A stretch of DNA of 64,000 bases, from the IMG/VR virus record IMGVR_UViG_3300025030_000041, positions 1 to 64,000 of that record; one strand, written 5' to 3'. Below the pieces are notes generated by a model, which saw only the letters and a list, made by a program, of their open reading frames with translations, was not told the DNA's origin and did not search any database. This document shows positions 19,830-29,905 of the stretch, piece by piece. The translations under genes and the position numbers were made by a program. How positions within the stretch are numbered: the first letter of the stretch is position 1; the number at the start of each line of letters is the position of its first letter.

Positions 19830-20690
19830 AGTACAATTCTTTCAAATTTTGCTGCAAATTCAATACGTAATGGAAAAAATGCAGCCGTTATTACACTAGA
19901 GTTATCTGATAGGAAATATATGAGGCGAGTGGGGGCTAATCTTTTAAATATTACAACTGGCGAATATAAAGATTTTGATGAAACTAGAAAAGATTTAATT
20001 AAACATAAACTTGATAATTTTTATGGAATGTTAGGGTGGCCTGCTGGTAATTTATGGATTAAAGAATTTCCGACTGGAACTGCGTCATTTATTGATATTG
20101 AAAATTCTTTGCTTAGGCGTGAAGATAAAACTGGAATTAAATATGACTTAGTAATAGTTGACTATCTTAATTTGATGAAAAGCGATGGCAATTCTAATCA
20201 AAATATGTATGAAAGAATAAAACGAATATCAGAAGGATTAAGAGCAATAAGCCAAAGAAATGAATGGTGTGTAGTATCAGCAACACAAGTTAGAAAAGAG
20301 TATTTTGATAAAGACGTTTTAGGGATGGATGCTGCAGCAGAAAGTAGTGGATTAATTGCAACAGTCGACTCTTTATTTGCTGCCTCTAGGGATTCTCTTA
20401 GTGATATTGCAAGAATAGAATTAATAGCAAACAGAGATGAAGGATATACCGGTAGTTCTTGTAATTTTAAGATGCAATTTAAAAATGCAAAGATGATTGA
20501 GACAAATGAGTTTCAGTATTATGGCGATGAAGACGGCACTAACTTAGAAAAAGAGATGCTAGAATCTTATAAGAAAAATGAAATTATAAGTGCTATTGCA
20601 GGACAATCAATAGGAACTAATATTGAAATACCTGAAGTTAATAAAAATAATAAAGAAACAGATTACGAATCAATTTTAAATTCTATTTAG
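19467..20690 (+). CDS. 41: Helicase C-fragment preceded by a 121-aa intein C part
   Basis: ADDH block B, MYDL block F, LSHN/S; then ITLELS, VIVDYLNL, SATQ, AAESSG. Confidence 0.9.
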   Translation: MSKNNSAIRKFIDSINIDEYDVLTDTGWEDIKSINKTIKYRAFRVETKSFYLEGADDHIIFDKDYNEIYLKELSIGDSVLTENGIEIVLNIKDLEYSDNMYDLEINSENHRYYTNGILSHNSTILSNFAANSIRNGKNAAVITLELSDRKYMRRVGANLLNITTGEYKDFDETRKDLIKHKLDNFYGMLGWPAGNLWIKEFPTGTASFIDIENSLLRREDKTGIKYDLVIVDYLNLMKSDGNSNQNMYERIKRISEGLRAISQRNEWCVVSATQVRKEYFDKDVLGMDAAAESSGLIATVDSLFAASRDSLSDIARIELIANRDEGYTGSSCNFKMQFKNAKMIETNEFQYYGDEDGTNLEKEMLESYKKNEIISAIAGQSIGTNIEIPEVNKNNKETDYESILNSI

Positions 20691-20691
20691 T

Positions 20692-21186
20692 ATGTGTTTT
20701 TGTTTAGAATATGAACGGCTTATAAATGATAAATATGACTATTGTATAGATCATGCGTTTGATGATTGTGTATGTGGAAACCTAAAACAACGAAACAAAA
20801 ATGTGTGCAGTGAATGCGACTATAATATTACTAAAAAAGAAATTGGTTTTTCTATATGCCCTTTATGTAATGATGAATTCATTTTTAGTAAATTTTTAAA
20901 TACTGCAATTAAAAATGAAAAAACTAGATTAATTGCAAATTTAATAACTCATTATAGACATGTACATCAATCTTCTTGGAATACCTCATGTCATTTTATA
21001 TCAAATAGTTGGGGTCAATTAGCATACGCAAAAGCTAAAGATGAGCATAACAATCGAGCAAAAAGACAAATACTCAGAAAATGTTTTAATTGGGTAAATA
21101 ACAATGGTATTAAAAAAGAAAATTTTCTTGAATTACAAAATAATGATGAAAAAACTATTGAATTAATTAATAAAATATATAAATGA
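20692..21186 (+). CDS. Cys/His-rich zinc-binding hypothetical protein
   Basis: Several CxxC pairs and THYRHVH. Confidence 0.65.
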   Translation: MCFCLEYERLINDKYDYCIDHAFDDCVCGNLKQRNKNVCSECDYNITKKEIGFSICPLCNDEFIFSKFLNTAIKNEKTRLIANLITHYRHVHQSSWNTSCHFISNSWGQLAYAKAKDEHNNRAKRQILRKCFNWVNNNGIKKENFLELQNNDEKTIELINKIYK

Positions 21187-21443
21187 TGAAATACTATAAT
21201 CAAAAATTAGAGCGAGGCCTTATAAAAATAGGGTGCAAAAGAGTCTGGTTTAGTGATAAATCTGGGTATTGGTTAGAGAAAAATTTTAAATTTAAAGATT
21301 TAAATTTAAGGTTATATATTGAACCTGACCAGAAAAAGTTCTATTTTAGTATAAAGCTAGAAACTCCAGAGCAATACGAAACTATTAAAACTTATAAATT
21401 GACTTTATCTAATGTTAAAAAACTTTTGAAAAAGTATTCATAG
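21183..21443 (+). CDS. Hypothetical protein
   Basis: ORF track. Confidence 0.6.
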   Translation: MMKYYNQKLERGLIKIGCKRVWFSDKSGYWLEKNFKFKDLNLRLYIEPDQKKFYFSIKLETPEQYETIKTYKLTLSNVKKLLKKYS

Positions 21444-21498
21444 AGCTAAATCTTTTTAAAGATAAAATAAATAAATAAAGGATTACGTATTTTATCTT

Positions 21499-24400
21499 AT
21501 GGATATATCAAAACTTTTTTTCTTTAATAAAAACGGTGAAAATATAAATTTCACGTTTAATTCGTCTTTAAATAAGTATGAGAGTACTATTTATTTTGAT
21601 AAATTATCAAGTTCTCTATTTGATAATGAAAATCTTTATATTCTAGAAAAGTCCGGTGACTCATATATTTATCCTACTTTTACTGCTACCCAATCCTTAA
21701 AATTTAAATGGAAAACTCTATCTGATAAAGAGAATATCTTTTTATATGATATTGAAACAAGTAATGAAGATAATAACGACTATATTATAACAAAAGACGA
21801 AGTTTTAATATCATATGACCCATCGTTATATGGTGATAAAATTCCATTAAATATTAATATAGCATTTAACCCCTTGGATGAAACTAATTATGAAAGAGTA
21901 TTAGAAATATACTTGCTTGATATAGCTTCACCTGGAACATCCGATTTAATTGGAGAAATAAGTTTTTATGGTGAAGGAATAGACGAAGACGAAAGATATA
22001 GAATATGGTTAGCTAATTTTGGTATTAAATTTAATAGAGAGGATGCTTTAATATTAAAGGATTATGATATAAAAGAGGCTTTACCAAATTGGGAAATTAT
22101 TAATAACAAGCGGAAAGAAGCATTATTAACTAGGCCAGAGGTATACCCATATGTTGGAACATATAAAGGATTGACTAATATTATTAATTTTTTAGGGTTC
22201 AGAGATTTTTTATCAGTAAAAGAGTATTGGCAAAATAAAAACACAGATTCGCCATACTTTAATAAATTTACATTAATTGATATAAGTGATTTATTAGATG
22301 ATGGAAAAATAAATTCTATTGATTTAACTACATATAATAATAACGTTAAATTTACTCCTGAATTTAAAAAAACCGGATTATTAGGATTATATTATAAAAT
22401 AACAGATACAACGGGTGTAGAAGATGCTGACGGAATACCAGAGGTAGTACGAACTACTGAATTCAGCAATGACGAGATTTTATATAAACTTAATAGATTA
22501 AAAGATAAATTAAAAGATGAAATACTTCCAATTAATGTTAAAATTATAGATATAGTTGGTGAGTTTTTATTTTTTCAAAAATTTTCAATTAGAACTTGGA
22601 ATAATAGAGTTGAAATAAAAGATTTTCAAATTAACGAAAATTATGATATATCAGTTTATCCTTTAAATGATACTGAAGCATATTTATATGATCTTAAACC
22701 TCTATTAATAAAAATAAATCAATCTTCTACTAATGTAAATTTCGGAAATTATATATTTAATAATAGCCAGTCAAATCCATATGACTGGTCTCAAAAATAC
22801 CCGCCAACTGATATTCCTTTATTAATTGAATCAATAAAGACTTTTTATAATGAAATACAACAGTCTAAAAAAGATGGATTAAATGAACCATTACCGTGGA
22901 ACTTCGGAGATGAACCTGAAAATATAATTGGATGTCCAGTTATATTTAAAGTTAAGTTTGACGAAATTACATGGGATATATTATCAAATTCAACATGGGA
23001 TAGTCTAGACGATTTTTATACATGGGATACTATAAACTTTAAATCAATTTATGAAATAGAATGGAATATAAGTAAAAAAATCGGAACACCTTACTCTTTT
23101 ACTTATCGAGGATATATAAAAGATTTACATACATTACCTCATTTTTTACCATATGAAGGAGAATATGACGTCTTTGCTAAACTATATGATCTTAACTCTG
23201 GTCATAGCATAAATTATGAAAATAAAATTATAAATGTTAAAAAAATAGAACCTGAAATAATCGCATTATCTAGAATTGAAGATAAATTTGGCGATACTTG
23301 GGATGACTTATCTAATGTAACATGGGATGAAATAGAATCATCATACTGGTATAATCCTATTGTAAACATAGTTAATCAAAATAATAACGAGATAGATTTA
23401 CAAAGAAATTTATACGAGTGGGATTTTTATAAAGATAAAATAAAAGATGCTAAAATATTTAATGACGACACTTTTATATATGAATCCTTAAATACTAGCC
23501 TGCATTCTCTTAAAAATTTATATGGTATACCTAAAAAAGGAGGAAGTGATGTATACGAATGGACATGGGATGATTTTGAAAATGCAACATGGGATGACTT
23601 ATTTCATATGAAATGGTATCATATGGTATATCACTCTGATTTTTTAGCAGGTTTTCTTATTAAGAAACTTCCAAGAAAAGGAGATATTATACAAATGAAT
23701 AAATATTCAGATTTTGTATTTCAAACTACTATGCTAACTTTACAAGATGCAATCGATGAATTGAATTTATCTAGCCATAATGGAATATCGTTATTTAAAT
23801 ATGAGGTTCAAAGTTATCATAAAAAATATAAAGTAACATTAACAAAAAGTACAACTGATTTTACATATGACTTAACGATTAATGAATCTAATATTATATA
23901 TATTGCAACTCCTTTACAAGATATAAATGAAATTAGAGACGCATTGATTAATCTAATTAATAATGAAATTACCCAACATGTTACGGCAATTAGTGCTTCA
24001 AATGATAGTTTTTTAATAATCGGTGATGTGGAAGAAGATGACTATATATTATCAGTAACTAGCCCAAGTTTAATAGATTTTGAATTAATACAAGATCCTG
24101 GTCCATTTATTAGTGCGACTGCAAAAGACTTTGGAAAAGAAAGTTATGTAATTATAAATTATATTTCATCTGGCGATGACGACGACTCTAGTCCATTCTC
24201 ACCAAGAACCTCTAATTTCTTAGAAGGCAACAAATACTCGTATAACGAACCTATTTGGATTTATAATAAATCTCAAATTGAATCTTTAAATAATAAATAT
24301 ATAAGTCTAGATATTGAAAATTTATTTGTTGATGCACCATTTAGCGATATTGCTAATGGAAATACTAATAATATTCAGTATTGGATAGATAATAAATATA

Positions 24401-24804
24401 TTAAGCATAATACTGAAACTGATGAACAGACTGGATTTATACCGTCTATAGTAGATACAAATGTATTTAATTTAATACAGCTTAAAGTATATGAAGATTC
24501 GTTCATTATACCTAAATGGTGTCCGGTATTTTTTGTTATTAATAATGTTCCAGGTAAAACTGAATTTGTATGGACATTATATGATGAGGATAATAATAAA
24601 AAATTAATTCAGATTAAGGATGTTCCATTTTTTATATGGAGATTTAATGAATTAGGGCAGTATAGAATAGACGTACAAATTACAGATAATAAAGGAAATA
24701 TTTATAATAAAAGTTTTTCTAAATTTGTAAATGTTAAATCTAAAAATGATTATATTTCTTTTATAGAACGAGAAATTAATAAGCTTTCCAAATTAATTCT
24801 TTAA
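21499..24804 (+). CDS. Large virion structural protein (baseplate wedge-like) with TWD repeats
   Basis: AATAAATA upstream; GTYKGLTNIINFLG resembles baseplate wedge/tail-I motifs; PKD/Ig-like C-terminus. Confidence 0.6.
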   Translation: MDISKLFFFNKNGENINFTFNSSLNKYESTIYFDKLSSSLFDNENLYILEKSGDSYIYPTFTATQSLKFKWKTLSDKENIFLYDIETSNEDNNDYIITKDEVLISYDPSLYGDKIPLNINIAFNPLDETNYERVLEIYLLDIASPGTSDLIGEISFYGEGIDEDERYRIWLANFGIKFNREDALILKDYDIKEALPNWEIINNKRKEALLTRPEVYPYVGTYKGLTNIINFLGFRDFLSVKEYWQNKNTDSPYFNKFTLIDISDLLDDGKINSIDLTTYNNNVKFTPEFKKTGLLGLYYKITDTTGVEDADGIPEVVRTTEFSNDEILYKLNRLKDKLKDEILPINVKIIDIVGEFLFFQKFSIRTWNNRVEIKDFQINENYDISVYPLNDTEAYLYDLKPLLIKINQSSTNVNFGNYIFNNSQSNPYDWSQKYPPTDIPLLIESIKTFYNEIQQSKKDGLNEPLPWNFGDEPENIIGCPVIFKVKFDEITWDILSNSTWDSLDDFYTWDTINFKSIYEIEWNISKKIGTPYSFTYRGYIKDLHTLPHFLPYEGEYDVFAKLYDLNSGHSINYENKIINVKKIEPEIIALSRIEDKFGDTWDDLSNVTWDEIESSYWYNPIVNIVNQNNNEIDLQRNLYEWDFYKDKIKDAKIFNDDTFIYESLNTSLHSLKNLYGIPKKGGSDVYEWTWDDFENATWDDLFHMKWYHMVYHSDFLAGFLIKKLPRKGDIIQMNKYSDFVFQTTMLTLQDAIDELNLSSHNGISLFKYEVQSYHKKYKVTLTKSTTDFTYDLTINESNIIYIATPLQDINEIRDALINLINNEITQHVTAISASNDSFLIIGDVEEDDYILSVTSPSLIDFELIQDPGPFISATAKDFGKESYVIINYISSGDDDDSSPFSPRTSNFLEGNKYSYNEPIWIYNKSQIESLNNKYISLDIENLFVDAPFSDIANGNTNNIQYWIDNKYIKHNTETDEQTGFIPSIVDTNVFNLIQLKVYEDSFIIPKWCPVFFVINNVPGKTEFVWTLYDEDNNKKLIQIKDVPFFIWRFNELGQYRIDVQITDNKGNIYNKSFSKFVNVKSKNDYISFIEREINKLSKLIL

Positions 24805-24824
24805 GTAGAATTTTTTTAATTTAT

Positions 24825-24832
24825 TATAAATA
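24825..24832 (+). promoter_or_regulatory. Late promoter TATAAATA
   Basis: Exact consensus about 20 nt upstream of 24854. Confidence 0.65.
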
Positions 24833-24853
24833 ATAAAAAAGATTTAATAAAAC

Positions 24854-25687
24854 ATGGCATTTTCTATAAATTTAACAGATATTTTAGGAGCATCTGGCTT
24901 TGGCCAATCTAGAACCAATATTAATAGTAATTTTTTAACTTTAAAAGATACAATTGAAGATTTATTTAATGGATTTTCTGTTGATATTACTGGAAATAAA
25001 TTTGGAACAAGTTCATTAGATATTACAGGAAAAAGCATTAATATTATTAACGGTAAATATAAAGTAACATATACACAAGGTACTACTGATATTACTAGAG
25101 ATATTATTAGTATTACTGGAGTAAATTCTAATGAAATAAAAATAGATAACATTGACCATCTTACTGTTAATATAGACTCGTTTATTAATGTATTAGAAGT
25201 AAATGAATTAGTAATATCTAATAGTGGCGACGGATTAACGAATGATGGAGTTTCTATACTAAATGGTGCAACATCATTTGGTAGTTCATTAACTGAATCA
25301 TTAGTAGATGTTAATATAGAATTGGATAGTGCAGGAGAAGGAACACTTAATATTAATGCTAATACCCAAAACAATTTATTTTTAGTATTAGATGCAACTA
25401 ATGCAACTTTAGCTTCTAATTTTAATATTAATCCTGTAATTGATTCTAATACTCCAGACGGATTAGTATTTACTGTATATTTAAAAGACATTAATGGCTC
25501 AACGACTTTTGAAACTTCTCCAGCAAATTTAGTTAATATCTATTATGATAGAGATAAGACTATTATAACAAGTGCCGGACAATATAAAATACAAGAAACC
25601 CCGTATAATACTGCAATTTCTTGTATGGTTATTAATAACGGAGTTGGAAAAAGACTAATTATAAAATCTGTGCATAACTTAGAATAA
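24854..25687 (+). CDS. Virion structural protein (tail/fibre-associated)
   Basis: Late promoter; SRTNINSNF N-terminal motif; beta-rich composition. Confidence 0.55.
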   Translation: MAFSINLTDILGASGFGQSRTNINSNFLTLKDTIEDLFNGFSVDITGNKFGTSSLDITGKSINIINGKYKVTYTQGTTDITRDIISITGVNSNEIKIDNIDHLTVNIDSFINVLEVNELVISNSGDGLTNDGVSILNGATSFGSSLTESLVDVNIELDSAGEGTLNINANTQNNLFLVLDATNATLASNFNINPVIDSNTPDGLVFTVYLKDINGSTTFETSPANLVNIYYDRDKTIITSAGQYKIQETPYNTAISCMVINNGVGKRLIIKSVHNLE

Positions 25688-26259
25688 TGAAACATATAAA
25701 ACTATTTGAACAATTTATATCTGAGGAAGAATCTCCTAAGCCAAGCGCTAAAGATATATTTATACCTAGAAGGCTTAAAGAAAGATGGGATGATTTGCTC
25801 ATTCCTTACCTAAATAAAGGTTATACTAAAGAACAAATATTTGTAGTGAAACCAATTGATGAAACTTTTATTATAAATATGGGTAATATTGAGAAATTTA
25901 AGAATATTAAAGTTATAATTGGTAATATTGAAATAAAAAGAATAAGTGATTTAAGTATATTGAATATAGAAGAAATATCAGGAGATTTTGATTGTGTTGC
26001 TACTGATCTAATTAATTTAAAAGGGGTACCTAAAATAATAAATGGAAATTTTTATTGCTATCGTAGTCATTTAACTAGTTTAGTTGATGGTCCTAATATA
26101 GTTACTGGAGATTTTGATTGTTCTTATAATAAGTTAACTAGTCTTGAAGGAGGTCCTAGTACAGTAGGAGGAAGTTTTAGTTGTTCTAATAATACTAAAA
26201 AATTTACAGAAGAAGAAGTACGAAAAGTAGTTGATGTAAAAGGAAAAGTTTATGTTTAA
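25687..26259 (+). CDS. LRR-like repeat protein with MKHIKLFEQF leader
   Basis: Repeats of G(D/N/S)FxCxxxxLTSLxGxP. Confidence 0.75.
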   Translation: MKHIKLFEQFISEEESPKPSAKDIFIPRRLKERWDDLLIPYLNKGYTKEQIFVVKPIDETFIINMGNIEKFKNIKVIIGNIEIKRISDLSILNIEEISGDFDCVATDLINLKGVPKIINGNFYCYRSHLTSLVDGPNIVTGDFDCSYNKLTSLEGGPSTVGGSFSCSNNTKKFTEEEVRKVVDVKGKVYV

Positions 26260-26665
26260 AATGAAAAGATATTTAATATTAGAATATAATGAATTTGTTA
26301 CTCAAAAAGTAAATAGACTTTTTCCATATACTTGGACAGGTAATCCAACTGACGCAATTAAGTCTAAATTTCTACAATTAAAAGATTTAGCAAGACCTCA
26401 AGAGTATGAAAGAACAGAGTTTGAGCAAACTATAAATAATTTTAACTTAAATTTTAGAGTTGGAGAAAAAGTAAAAGCTATTAGAATGAATGCTCCATTT
26501 AAAAAAGGGTATAATGAAACTGATTATGTTTATGGAAATATTAAAGAAATAAAAGTGGATTTAGATAATAAAACACTTAGAGTATTTTTAGTTAAACCTT
26601 CTACTTTAGAAAAATTTGAAGTATACCCAGAAACTTTAGAAAAATACAATAAATACTTCGAATAG
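26252..26665 (+). CDS. Hypothetical protein (SH3-like C-terminus)
   Basis: ORF track. Confidence 0.6.
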   Translation: MFKMKRYLILEYNEFVTQKVNRLFPYTWTGNPTDAIKSKFLQLKDLARPQEYERTEFEQTINNFNLNFRVGEKVKAIRMNAPFKKGYNETDYVYGNIKEIKVDLDNKTLRVFLVKPSTLEKFEVYPETLEKYNKYFE

Positions 26666-26726
26666 TTTTCTTTATTGAAAACAATTTTATATTTTTTTTA
26701 TATAAAACAAAAAACCCAATTTATTA

Positions 26727-27752
26727 ATGGATAATACAAAAATTTCTGATGAAGACGCTGCTAAATTTTTGTCTGAAAAAGATAAAGAGTTATCACAAAC
26801 TATTAAATTAAATGATATTGAATCTAAATTTGTAGATAAAACTTCCAATGGTTTAGGAAAAATCAAAGAGTTACAACCACAAACTGGGTCTAATATATCA
26901 AGTGTTGCCGATGCTGGATGGAAAAATATTCCATTAGAAAACTTAGAAACAAAAGGATTATTTTATGAAGATGATATTGAAATTACGATTAAATCAGCGT
27001 CAGTTGGAGAAATACGGCAATGGTCTACTATAGATGAAAACGATTTCGTAGATATTGATGATAAGCTTAATATTATAATGGAAAAGTGTGTTCGTATTCG
27101 TAAAAAAGGAGATACTCCTAAATTCTTATCATGGAAAGATATTAAAGAAATAGATAGGATTGCCTTAGCTTTTTTAATACATGAAATTACATTTCCAAAT
27201 GGCGAGAATAAATTAATGATTACTTTTAAATGTAATCAAAGTTGTGCCGGAGATGGCCAATATTCTGAAAAAGTTAAAATGGAATCGAATATGCTTAGCC
27301 TATTTGATTTTGATAATGCTTTAATGCAATATTATAGTCAAGAGGATAAATGTTTTATATTAAATGATCCTAGAATAGGAAAACCTCAAAAAATATTTAT
27401 TCCATCACTTGGAATATCTCAGAAAATTAAAGCATATGTGAAAAATAAACAAGATAATAATCTTTTTATAGATAAGGCGTTTATTAGGTTATCTCCATTT
27501 ATAATTGATAAATATCAAACACTTAATAATAATGAATTAGATAGGATGCAACAAGAGTCATTACTATGGGGCAAGGATAAATTTCTATTAATCTCTTCAT
27601 TTATTGATAAAATAGAAAAGAGTGCAAGAGGAGTAGTGTCAAAGGAATGTCCTAAGTGCTCAGTTCAATTGGAGACTCCTTTGTTTTTTCGCGGAGGATT
27701 TAAAATCAAAGATCTTTTCTCTCTTTCAATTGGATTTAATGGAGATAATTAA
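26727..27752 (+). CDS. Baseplate hub/assembly protein (T4 gp26-like)
   Basis: LETKGLFY, DRIAL..., Cys pairs and terminal CPKC...FF, typical of the gp26-like family. Confidence 0.55.
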   Translation: MDNTKISDEDAAKFLSEKDKELSQTIKLNDIESKFVDKTSNGLGKIKELQPQTGSNISSVADAGWKNIPLENLETKGLFYEDDIEITIKSASVGEIRQWSTIDENDFVDIDDKLNIIMEKCVRIRKKGDTPKFLSWKDIKEIDRIALAFLIHEITFPNGENKLMITFKCNQSCAGDGQYSEKVKMESNMLSLFDFDNALMQYYSQEDKCFILNDPRIGKPQKIFIPSLGISQKIKAYVKNKQDNNLFIDKAFIRLSPFIIDKYQTLNNNELDRMQQESLLWGKDKFLLISSFIDKIEKSARGVVSKECPKCSVQLETPLFFRGGFKIKDLFSLSIGFNGDN

Positions 27753-28002
27753 ACTTAATAAGATTATAGCCGAACAGCTTAATCAGAACTTTGATTCAAT
27801 ATATTCTTTGCCTTTTTATGAATATGTCTTCCTATTGGAAGTGATAAAAGAGGACGCTGAAAAACAAAAACGAAAAGACGGTGAATATACAAACCAAATG
27901 CCTAATATTAATCAAATGCAAAATCAAGCAATGAAAAATATGCCTAGTATTAGTAATATTAAACCGCCAAGCATGCCATCTCTTCCTAGTAACTTTAAAT
28001 AA
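27730..28002 (+). CDS. Baseplate hub assembly chaperone (gp51-like)
   Basis: Overlaps the gp26-like gene; SIYSLPFYEY motif; Pro/Met-rich tail. Confidence 0.5.
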   Translation: MDLMEIIKLNKIIAEQLNQNFDSIYSLPFYEYVFLLEVIKEDAEKQKRKDGEYTNQMPNINQMQNQAMKNMPSISNIKPPSMPSLPSNFK

Positions 28003-28034
28003 TTTAAAAGCTGGTAAAATTACCAGCTTTTAAA
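28003..28034 (+). terminator. Intrinsic (possibly bidirectional) terminator
   Basis: tttaaaagctggtaa-aa-ttaccagcttttaaa. Confidence 0.75.
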
Positions 28035-28054
28035 GTTTAAATAAATAAAACTAT

Positions 28055-29416
28055 ATGTTTAAAGACATTACTAATCATAAAGTATATGAAAATACTATAG
28101 TTGGACTAGAATTTGAATTCTTTTCGCCGCTATCCCGTAAAGTATTAGCAAGTAAATTAAGTAAATTGCTTAATAAAAAAGTCATTGCGAGTGATGTGTA
28201 TCACTCTAATATTAAAGTTAGTGATTTTATATTTAAGATAGAACCCGACTACTCTGGGGGCAAGAGAATGAACGAGTTAATAACAGGTCCATTAAGTTAT
28301 TTTGAAGCTATTAATATTTTAATTAAGGTTTATAAATTTATAGATGAATACGGATTTACTAATGAAAAAAGCGGGTGTCATATTAATATTTCATTAAATG
28401 ATTTTGGATTAAATTTAAAATATAAAACGGAAAATCTTAATGTATTTAAATTTATACTTAATTATAATGAAGATGAGATACTAAAACTATTTCCTAATAA
28501 GGAATCTATTCAAAAGATTTATAAAAATAGTATTTACTATATTTTTCCAAGGAATAAATTTTTAAGTACTTATGATATTAGTGCTATAAAAAATATGAAT
28601 CATTTAGACTTTATTTTTCCAAGTAGTAAGTATTTTGGAGTTAATTTTAATAAATTAAATAGCGAATCTGGCGGGTATTTAGAGGTACGATATGTAGGTG
28701 GTAAAAACTATCATTTAAAATTAAATGAAACTATTAAAATAATTAATTATACTGCAATTAAATTATATGAAGTTTTAAATAATAATGTAGTATACTCACA
28801 AAAAGAATTAAATGAAATTCAAATTATACTTAAAAAGCAAAAGGACTTTTTGTATAATATTAAAACCTATGAATTATTAAAATTTAATTATAAAGATATA
28901 AAGCTTTATATAGATTTAAAGCAGGATCCTAATACAATTAATTTTTTTTATGATAAAATTAAAAATATAATACTTGAACTTTTAATATATGGTAATATTA
29001 AAAAAGGAGTAATAAATTTTAATTCAGATACTGGTATTTTACAAGTTAAAGACACTACTATTAAAAAAGGTTTTATGTTAAATAATATCGAGTTCTTTGA
29101 TTCACAATTAGATGGAGATTTTGAAAATTGTAAATTTCATAATTGCAAAATAAATTCAAGCCGGATTATTAATTCTAATTTAATTTCGAATAACGAAATT
29201 AAAAACTCATATATAAAAGACTGCATATTTAATACTTATACTAATGATATTATTAATTCATTTATTTCAAATAAAAAGGATTTAGAAATTAGGGCAAATA
29301 TTAAAAAAAGTATTATACGAGCCGGAAATATGGGGTTATATACCATAATTGATGATGATACTGAATTAGTACTTTTTTCAGTAGAAACTATAGATAAAGC
29401 AAAGCCTTCCAAATAA
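28055..29416 (+). CDS. Amidoligase (COOH-NH2 ligase) family protein with beta-helix-like C-terminus
   Basis: VGLEFEF, ELITGPL, SGCHINIS, KYFGVN, YLEVR motifs. Confidence 0.75.
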   Translation: MFKDITNHKVYENTIVGLEFEFFSPLSRKVLASKLSKLLNKKVIASDVYHSNIKVSDFIFKIEPDYSGGKRMNELITGPLSYFEAINILIKVYKFIDEYGFTNEKSGCHINISLNDFGLNLKYKTENLNVFKFILNYNEDEILKLFPNKESIQKIYKNSIYYIFPRNKFLSTYDISAIKNMNHLDFIFPSSKYFGVNFNKLNSESGGYLEVRYVGGKNYHLKLNETIKIINYTAIKLYEVLNNNVVYSQKELNEIQIILKKQKDFLYNIKTYELLKFNYKDIKLYIDLKQDPNTINFFYDKIKNIILELLIYGNIKKGVINFNSDTGILQVKDTTIKKGFMLNNIEFFDSQLDGDFENCKFHNCKINSSRIINSNLISNNEIKNSYIKDCIFNTYTNDIINSFISNKKDLEIRANIKKSIIRAGNMGLYTIIDDDTELVLFSVETIDKAKPSK

Positions 29417-29461
29417 GTTTTACACACTAAAACAATTTTATTTTTTTTAATATAAAAAGGT

Positions 29462-29893
29462 ATGCTAAGCGACTTTATTAATAAATTTTTCAATAAAGAT
29501 TATAATAAATGGAATTCTATATCTTCTAAAGATAAAGATGGTTTTTATATAATATTAAATAGAATGATGAGTATTAAGCATCCTATTTTAGCGAATGACT
29601 TAAACCTAATGTATATAAATAAAAATAGAGCAATAGATTGGTGGCATGATGTAATGAGTAAACAATATTTTAAAGTGCCAGGATGGGTATGGACCAAAAC
29701 TAAATTTAGTAAGACTGATAAAGAAGACATAACTGTAAAAATAGAAAATTATCAAGACGATATTATAAAAAAATATTTAGAATATAATAAAATAAGTAAA
29801 AAAGAATTAAACGATGCATTTAAATTATTTAATACTGACATAATATTAGAGCTAAATAAGTTTGAAGAATTTATGAAAGGAATTAAAAAATGA
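29462..29893 (+). CDS. Probable clamp-loader small subunit (gp62-like)
   Basis: FYIILNRMMS...ANDLN, a basic W-K region and IKKYLEY..SKKE resemble gp62. Confidence 0.45.
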   Translation: MLSDFINKFFNKDYNKWNSISSKDKDGFYIILNRMMSIKHPILANDLNLMYINKNRAIDWWHDVMSKQYFKVPGWVWTKTKFSKTDKEDITVKIENYQDDIIKKYLEYNKISKKELNDAFKLFNTDIILELNKFEEFMKGIKK

Positions 29894-29905
29894 TCTAATA
29901 TTAAT

